Assembly (NCBI GenBank): GCA_048617235.1
Contig: JBMCHT010000001.1
Location: forward strand, 54,043 to 118,042
Length of the DNA stretch: 64,000 nt
Source: Patescibacteria group bacterium
GTDB taxonomy: Bacteria > Patescibacteriota > Minisyncoccia > Phycocordibacterales > XYD1-FULL-46-19
Direction of reading: 5' to 3'
The position numbers were made by a program, and so were the translations under genes. Under the pieces are notes generated by a model. That model made no database searches and was not told the origin of the DNA. It saw only the letters and a program-made list of their open reading frames with translations. Positions 57,807 to 64,000 of this stretch are shown piece by piece (position 1 is the stretch's first letter; each line of letters opens with the position of its first letter).

Positions 57807-58696
57807 CTAAAATCTTGGTTAAATTCTTGATACCACCGATGGATTTTATCACCATAACGTTCATCTTTTAGAGATAAATACAATAAAGATTTAAGCCAAT
57901 CTTCTTTAGTGCCACACTCCAACCACCGCCCTTCAAATTCCAAACCATAAATCGGTAAATTATTAGTCACCGCCCGACTTAAACCATCAGCTAAATTTAA
58001 TTCACCATTTACCCCTTTATCTATATTGCTTAAAATGGAAATTACATCAGGCATTAAAATATATTTTCCTACTACCGCTAAATCTGAGGGCTCCGTACCA
58101 ATTTTTGGTTTTTCAACAAATGATTTTATTTTATGAATCTTAGATTCAACCACCTCAGTAGCCACTACTCCGTAGGCAGAAAGTTTTGATCGAGGCACTC
58201 GCGACAAAGCTAAAATTGTCTCTTGGTATTTATCAAAAGATTCTAAAAGTTGAGCCAAGCAAGGTTTATCAGCCTCTACCACATCATCGGCAAATAAACA
58301 GGCTATTGGTTCTTTATTGGATAATAATTTTTCGTCAAAGACTCTCAATAAAGCATCGCCATTACCGACCGGCTTATCTTGAACAAGCCAATCAATTTTA
58401 AAAAACTTATACAAATCATCTATTTTATCCAGCTCGGATAAAAGATCTTTTTTTCCTCTTTCAGTTAAAACATTAACCAAAGAAGATCGAGGAGACAAAT
58501 AATCTAAAACTAGTTGATTATCTGATCCCCCCACAAAAACTATATGTTTGATACCGGCCAATTTAATCTCTTCTAAAATATAATGAATAATGGGCAAATC
58601 CCCCAAAGGCCACATCTCTTTCGGTATAGTTTTAGATAAAGGTAAAAACCGGCTACCTAATCCCCCTAATAAAACTACCGCGGTTTCTATTTTCAT
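57803..58696 (-). CDS. galU: UTP-glucose-1-phosphate uridylyltransferase
   Basis: GGLGSRFLPLSKTIPKEM, VEKP and GKYIL motifs. Confidence 0.85.
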   Translation of the reverse strand: MKIETAVVLLGGLGSRFLPLSKTIPKEMWPLGDLPIIHYILEEIKLAGIKHIVFVGGSDNQLVLDYLSPRSSLVNVLTERGKKDLLSELDKIDDLYKFFKIDWLVQDKPVGNGDALLRVFDEKLLSNKEPIACLFADDVVEADKPCLAQLLESFDKYQETILALSRVPRSKLSAYGVVATEVVESKIHKIKSFVEKPKIGTEPSDLAVVGKYILMPDVISILSNIDKGVNGELNLADGLSRAVTNNLPIYGLEFEGRWLECGTKEDWLKSLLYLSLKDERYGDKIHRWYQEFNQDFS

Positions 58697-58768
58697 TAAT
58701 TATAATATTAGCATATTTAAAATTAAAAGACTTTTTCAAAAATAATTAATCTGCTATAGTAATTAGAT

Positions 58769-60508
58769 ATGGAATCCCAAAACAATGATTTAGAAACCAA
58801 ACGCCATTCTCTGGCTCATTTGTTGGCAGCAGCGGTAATTAAATTATACCCGGAAGCCAAGCCCACTTTAGGCCCGGCTATAGAATACGGTTTTTATTAT
58901 GATTTCGACATTCCTCAAACCATTACCGAAAAAGATTTACAAATTATAGAAACGGAAATGAAAAAGATATTAAAAACTTGGTCCGGTTTTACTAAAAAAA
59001 CCGTTTCTGCCGAAGAAGCTAAATCTTTATATCAAGATAATCCTTATAAACTGGAATTAATTCAAGAAATAATTAATAAACAAGAACCGATTACGCTTTA
59101 TATTTCCGGAGAGGGAGATAATCAATTTACTGATTTATGTCAAGGTGGTCATACAAACAATATAAAGGAAATTCCCTTAAATAGTTTTAAATTGGACAGA
59201 ATAGCCGGTGCTTATTGGCGTGGGAATGAAAAAAACAAAATGCTTACCAGGATTTATGGATTAGCTTTTAATGACAAAAAAGAATTAGAAGAATTTTTAA
59301 AACAAAAAGAAGAAGCCAAAAAAAGAGATCACCGTAAATTAGGTCAGGAATTGGATTTATTTACTTTTTCAGATTTAGTCGGAGCCGGCTTACCTTTATT
59401 CACTCCCAAAGGTACAGCCATTCGCCAAGCTCTCCAAGATAAATTGTTATTAATTAGCAAGCGCTATGGTATGCAACCGGTTACCATTCCCCATATTGCC
59501 AAAAAAGCTCTTTATGAAACTTCCGGGCATGCCGATAAATTCAGTGATGAATTAATAAAAGTAGTCAGTCATTATGATGAATTTGTAATGAAACCGGTTA
59601 ATTGTCCTCATCACACTCAAATTTACACTTCTCGTCCTCGTAGTTATCGTGATTTGCCTTTGCGTTATATGGAATCCACTATGCAATACCGAGATGAAAA
59701 ACCGGGAGAAATCGGTGGTTTAACTCGTGTTCGTTCTATTACTTGTGACGACGGTCATATTTTTTGCATGGTTAATCAAATCCAAAACGAAGTTAAACAA
59801 ATAGCTCAAATTATTAAAGAATTTTATACTGAATTAGGTATGTATGGTAATCACTGGGTTTCTTTATCTGTTCGTGATCCCCGCAAACCGGAAGATTATA
59901 TAGGTGAAGAACCGGACTGGATTCAAGCCGAACAAATGCTCCAAAATGTTTCCGATGAACTTAAACTGGATGCTAAAATTATGGAAGGCGAAGCCGCTAT
60001 CTATGGCCCTAAATTAGATTACATGTTTAAAGATTCACTAGGTAGAGAAAGACAATTGGCTACTATTCAAGTGGATTTTGCTATGCCTAAACGTTTTAAA
60101 CTTGAATATGTAGCCGAGGACGGCTCTTTGCAAACTCCGGTTATGATCCATCGGGCTATTCTTGGTTCTTATGAAAGATTTTTAGCCATTTTAATAGAAC
60201 ATTTTGCCGGCGCTTTTCCTGTCTGGCTATCTCCGGTGCAAACCAAAATTATTCCCATTAGTCAAGATCAAGAAAAATTTGCCACTGAAATTTACAATCA
60301 ATTAAAAAACAAAGATATTCGAGTGGAAATAGATTTAAGTAAAGATACTTTAGGCAAAAAAATAAGACGAGCTAAACAAGAAAAAATTCCCTATTTAGCA
60401 GTTATTGGAGACAAAGAAGTCTCTAGCAATAAGATAAATATAGATAGCCGTGATCAGGGTCAGTTGGGAACAATCACTTTAGATGAATTTTTAAAATTAC
60501 TCGTATAG
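58769..60508 (+). CDS. thrS: Threonyl-tRNA synthetase
   Basis: RHSLAHLL, RDHRKLG, KPVNCP, GLTRVR and HRAILGSYERF motifs. Confidence 0.97.
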   Translation: MESQNNDLETKRHSLAHLLAAAVIKLYPEAKPTLGPAIEYGFYYDFDIPQTITEKDLQIIETEMKKILKTWSGFTKKTVSAEEAKSLYQDNPYKLELIQEIINKQEPITLYISGEGDNQFTDLCQGGHTNNIKEIPLNSFKLDRIAGAYWRGNEKNKMLTRIYGLAFNDKKELEEFLKQKEEAKKRDHRKLGQELDLFTFSDLVGAGLPLFTPKGTAIRQALQDKLLLISKRYGMQPVTIPHIAKKALYETSGHADKFSDELIKVVSHYDEFVMKPVNCPHHTQIYTSRPRSYRDLPLRYMESTMQYRDEKPGEIGGLTRVRSITCDDGHIFCMVNQIQNEVKQIAQIIKEFYTELGMYGNHWVSLSVRDPRKPEDYIGEEPDWIQAEQMLQNVSDELKLDAKIMEGEAAIYGPKLDYMFKDSLGRERQLATIQVDFAMPKRFKLEYVAEDGSLQTPVMIHRAILGSYERFLAILIEHFAGAFPVWLSPVQTKIIPISQDQEKFATEIYNQLKNKDIRVEIDLSKDTLGKKIRRAKQEKIPYLAVIGDKEVSSNKINIDSRDQGQLGTITLDEFLKLLV

Positions 60509-61396
60509 ATGAATTAAATACTCATCTATATCCCTTTGATTCCAATCATAAAAATTATCTCCCTCCCGGTGTAAATCTTTAGCCAAACGTACCCCCACAA
60601 AACGCCAATGCCAAGGTTCAAAAAGATAATAATCATTATCTTCCGAATAAGATAAAACAAAACCAAAACGATGAGCATTATCCAAAAGCCAGTCATAGGC
60701 TTCGGTTTTAGCAAAATCTGTAAAATTTAAACCTAATTCTTCTGTAGTTAAATCAACTGCCGTCCCTAATTGATGTTCAGAATAACCCTGATCAGCCGAA
60801 AACTCATTGGCGGTACCCACCCCATATCTTATTTTATAATTTTCCTTTAATTTAAATTGTTCTTGGAAAGAACGATAACCGGAAATAAGGCGTAAATCTA
60901 TATCATCTCTAGCGGCCGCTCGAATCATATCTGACAAATAAGGCCAAACTTTTTCTTGAATCAATACATTTTTATTTTCAACCGCAACATATCTATCATC
61001 TATTTCTATTAAATCAGCCGGAGCATAATGTTCATTCAAAAAATAAACTCGGGAATATTTTTTTAATAATTCCGGATCAGTTTGACTTAATTTTTCCAAA
61101 TCTCCCACTGAACCGGTTACTCCTTCCACTTGATCGGACAACATATCCAAACGACTACTTTCTTGATTTAGAGAATTTCTAAGATTACTTATATCTTGAG
61201 TTAACATTTCTATCTCATTTTCTGCTTCATTTAAACTCTTTGAAGTTTTGGTTTGCTCTTCGTTTAAATTATCAAATTGGGTTTTTAAAATATCCAATGA
61301 ATACCAATTATAACCACCAATTCCAATTTGTAACAAAAATAAACCAATTAAACCAATTAGAATTAAATTTATTTTACTAAAATCTATTTTATACAT
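60497..61396 (-). CDS. Membrane-anchored M15B D,D-carboxypeptidase (VanY/LdcB-like)
   Basis: SGYRS, SEHQLGTAVD and EPWHWR motifs; coiled-coil stalk. Confidence 0.9.
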   Translation of the reverse strand: MYKIDFSKINLILIGLIGLFLLQIGIGGYNWYSLDILKTQFDNLNEEQTKTSKSLNEAENEIEMLTQDISNLRNSLNQESSRLDMLSDQVEGVTGSVGDLEKLSQTDPELLKKYSRVYFLNEHYAPADLIEIDDRYVAVENKNVLIQEKVWPYLSDMIRAAARDDIDLRLISGYRSFQEQFKLKENYKIRYGVGTANEFSADQGYSEHQLGTAVDLTTEELGLNFTDFAKTEAYDWLLDNAHRFGFVLSYSEDNDYYLFEPWHWRFVGVRLAKDLHREGDNFYDWNQRDIDEYLIHLYE

Positions 61397-61513
61397 AACT
61401 CGATTATTCTAACACAAATTACTCTATTTTAAAATCAAATCGTCAAATTTGGCAAAAAAACTACAAATAGGTTACAATAATTAACATTAAATCTTGATTA
61501 TTAAAACCATTTT

Positions 61514-62719
61514 ATGTCTATTGATTCTATTGACCTAGCTTATGAAAAAAGTTTAGATTTGTTACACAATTTGAGTTCTGAAAAAGGATTTTTGGCCTCT
61601 ACTGAAGATGTTTCTAATTATAAACGCTTATGGGCTCGGGATAGTGCGGTAGCTATTTTGGCTTCTTTGGTAGCCGGAGATAAAGATCTTGTGTTTACTT
61701 CTCTTCATTCTTTGGAATCTCTCAGACGCCAACAAGACACTACCGGTCGTCTACCCAGTAATATTGCTTTTGATGAAAAAAATCAAGTTAAAAAAGTTAG
61801 TTATGGTCAAACCGTTGGCCGTATAGATGCCACTATTTGGTATATTATTGCCGTTTGCCAATTTGCTATCTATACCGAAGATAAAAAATTTTTTAATCTT
61901 TTTCAAGAATCTCTCAAAAAAGCACTTTTTTATTTAGAATGTTTGGAATTAAACAATAAAGGTTTAATTTACTTTCCTCAAGGAGCCGATTGGGCGGATG
62001 AATATATAGATCATGGTTATATTTTACTTAATCAACTTTTAAGGTTAATAGCTCTAAAAAGTTACTACCATTTAACCCAAAATGAAAAAATAGCCAAAGA
62101 TATAGAAGAATTAACCAATCTGATTTTAATCAATTATTTTCCTGACGAAGAAAACTTGGATAATCCTTATGTTTATAATAAAGTCTTGTTTACCGAAAGC
62201 ATTAAAGAATACGAACCGCCTTTGCCTATCTCCTATTTTACTACCCATAGTGTTCATTATCATGATAGTAATTTTGCCAATGCTTTAGTTCTTCTAACCC
62301 AAATTTGCGAACCGGCAGACACAGCCGCCATCATGGATTGTGTTTTAGAGAAATATCTCAATCAAGGTCAAAAGATAATTCCAGCCTTTGCCCCGGTAAT
62401 AACCGAAGACGATCCTTTATGGCAAAAACTGGTTTTCCATTATCGTTATGAATTTAAAAACAAACCTTACCAATTTCACAATGGTGGTTTATGGCCTTTA
62501 GTTCATGGCTTTTTCTTAGCCGGTACCACCAAAGAAAAAGGCAAGCCTCACCTACAAACTTTTGCCGAAAAACTAGCTAAGGATAATTTTATTTTTCCGG
62601 AATATTATGATGGTCAAACTGAAGAAGCTCAAGGTACTAAATATTTAGGGTTTTCCGCCAGTGCTTATATAATAGCTTACAATTCTCTTATTAAAGATAG
62701 ACGCCCCTTTATTTTATGA
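61514..62719 (+). CDS. GH100-like (alkaline/neutral invertase-like) glycoside hydrolase
   Basis: NYKRLWARD, GRIDATIW, DWADE and PYQFHNGGLWP motifs of the (alpha/alpha)6 invertase-like fold. Confidence 0.75.
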   Translation: MSIDSIDLAYEKSLDLLHNLSSEKGFLASTEDVSNYKRLWARDSAVAILASLVAGDKDLVFTSLHSLESLRRQQDTTGRLPSNIAFDEKNQVKKVSYGQTVGRIDATIWYIIAVCQFAIYTEDKKFFNLFQESLKKALFYLECLELNNKGLIYFPQGADWADEYIDHGYILLNQLLRLIALKSYYHLTQNEKIAKDIEELTNLILINYFPDEENLDNPYVYNKVLFTESIKEYEPPLPISYFTTHSVHYHDSNFANALVLLTQICEPADTAAIMDCVLEKYLNQGQKIIPAFAPVITEDDPLWQKLVFHYRYEFKNKPYQFHNGGLWPLVHGFFLAGTTKEKGKPHLQTFAEKLAKDNFIFPEYYDGQTEEAQGTKYLGFSASAYIIAYNSLIKDRRPFIL

Positions 62720-63543
62720 TTCTTCTGGCTACAGATCTAGACAGAACCCTATTGCCCAATGGATCAGAACCTGATTCCGGTCACTTACATATTTTATTTA
62801 ATAGCTTAAAATCCAAAAATATTAAATTAGCTTATGTCAGTGGCCGTAATCTTCCTCTATTACAAACAGCTCTAAAAAAATATTCCTTACCTTTGCCGGA
62901 TATTTTTATTGGGGCCGTCGGTACTGAAATTTATCAAAAAAATAAAGACCAACTTATCCCCGATCCTCTATGGCCGGAATATGTTATTAATAATTCACCT
63001 AATTGGGATGATGCTTGGATCAGACAAAATATCAAAGAACCGGAAATAAATCTACAAGAACCGGAAGTTCAAAATCCTTTTAAGGTCAGTTTTTATTGTT
63101 CAACTAATGAACAAATAGATAATTTAATAAAAAAAATAAAATCTAAATTAGAAACTAAACATATTTCCGCCAAAACTGTTTATAGTTTTGACCCTCTGAA
63201 AAAAATCGGTCTCTTGGATATCTTGCCGGCAATTACCAGTAAAGTCGGGGCAATTGAATATATTAGACAACAGTTGCAATTAACCAAAGATCAAGTAATT
63301 TATTGTGGCGACAGTGGTAACGATATCCACCCCCTAACCGCCGGTTATAAATCAATTATGGTTAAAAATGTTGATCAGCAGACCCGACAAGCGGTAACCA
63401 CTCATCATCAAAATAATAAAACCGAGCATCTGTTATACCAATCCCAAGGAGGCGTAGTCGGCAACGGCCACTACGCCTCCGGAATCTTGGAAGGATTAAT
63501 TCATTTCCAAATTATTTCTTCACAAGATATTTTCGAACAATAA
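62716..63543 (+). CDS. HAD subfamily IIB phosphatase, sucrose-phosphatase-like
   Basis: TDLDRTLL, YVSGR, VGTEIY, LDILP and CGDSGND motifs. Confidence 0.85.
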   Translation: MILLATDLDRTLLPNGSEPDSGHLHILFNSLKSKNIKLAYVSGRNLPLLQTALKKYSLPLPDIFIGAVGTEIYQKNKDQLIPDPLWPEYVINNSPNWDDAWIRQNIKEPEINLQEPEVQNPFKVSFYCSTNEQIDNLIKKIKSKLETKHISAKTVYSFDPLKKIGLLDILPAITSKVGAIEYIRQQLQLTKDQVIYCGDSGNDIHPLTAGYKSIMVKNVDQQTRQAVTTHHQNNKTEHLLYQSQGGVVGNGHYASGILEGLIHFQIISSQDIFEQ

Positions 63544-63545
63544 AT

Positions 63546-63932
63546 TTATTCTGTGGTTTGACCGTCAAAATGTTCCTCGATCTCATCAGCTTTGGTTTTA
63601 TGAACCGTGCCTTCTTTATGCTCCGGCGGAGAATAAACGGAATACAATTTCAAAGGAACCGAGCCGATATTAATCACATTATGGCTCATTCCTTGGGGGA
63701 TGACAATGGCGTCATCATCACTCAATTCATGTTCGACTCCATCTAAAACAGCTTTAGCCTGACCGGCTTCTATTCTAATAAACTGATCTAAGTCATGAAC
63801 CTCCTCCCCTATTTCATCCCCCGGTTCAATAGACATTAAGACCAACTGGCTATTTTTAGCCGTATAAACCACCCGCCGATAATCCGTATTATCTTTGGTA
63901 GCTTTTTCAATGTTATCTATATATCCTTTCAT
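63546..63932 (-). CDS. Cupin domain protein
   Basis: QLVLM..EIGEEVH..DQF and HNVIN..LKLYSVYSPPEH motifs. Confidence 0.9.
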   Translation of the reverse strand: MKGYIDNIEKATKDNTDYRRVVYTAKNSQLVLMSIEPGDEIGEEVHDLDQFIRIEAGQAKAVLDGVEHELSDDDAIVIPQGMSHNVINIGSVPLKLYSVYSPPEHKEGTVHKTKADEIEEHFDGQTTE

Positions 63933-64000
63933 AATTTTTATATAAATTAATTATAATATTCTTCATTTTAAAACCATTCAAATAATTTGGCAATGAATAA

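Noticed and set aside
1473-63746. Remaining 60-140 aa ORFs overlapping housekeeping genes (e.g. 1473, 10773, 16220, 20982, 31358, 45158, 51122, 58186, 63558)
   Set aside because: They are antisense or alternative-frame shadows of well-supported genes and have no independent signals.

Overview
AT-rich bacterial chromosomal segment with a compact, biosynthesis-poor housekeeping gene set. It includes six aminoacyl-tRNA synthetases, scpAB, a split dcw cluster, mreBC-mrdA plus a second mreB, dnaB-recR, a degenerate priA, def-fmt, archaeal-type pyrH and PGI/PMI. By inference this fits a Patescibacteria/CPR (Parcubacteria-like) genome. It carries one tRNA-Glu(CTC) with an adjacent decaying island, a three-gene cell-surface cluster and a putative sucrose-related GH100/HAD pair. 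The main unexplained signal is a set of six dispersed, self-contained, GC-rich mini transcription units at about 4.2, 13.2, 24.4, 50.4, 55.1 and 55.8 kb. Each has a sigma70-like promoter and a terminator with a C-rich/G-rich stem base. Four encode orphan small proteins behind strong Shine-Dalgarno or purine-rich leaders, whereas many housekeeping genes look leaderless and SD-less. Two look like structured RNAs that expose CCUUCCUUC, which is complementary to such a leader. Other signals are strong CCGG over-representation that drops out in the tRNA island, a probable replication terminus with a dif-like site near 12.3 kb, and a lytic transglycosylase with a structured leader and a non-AUG start. 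All calls are from motifs read by eye; no searches were run.
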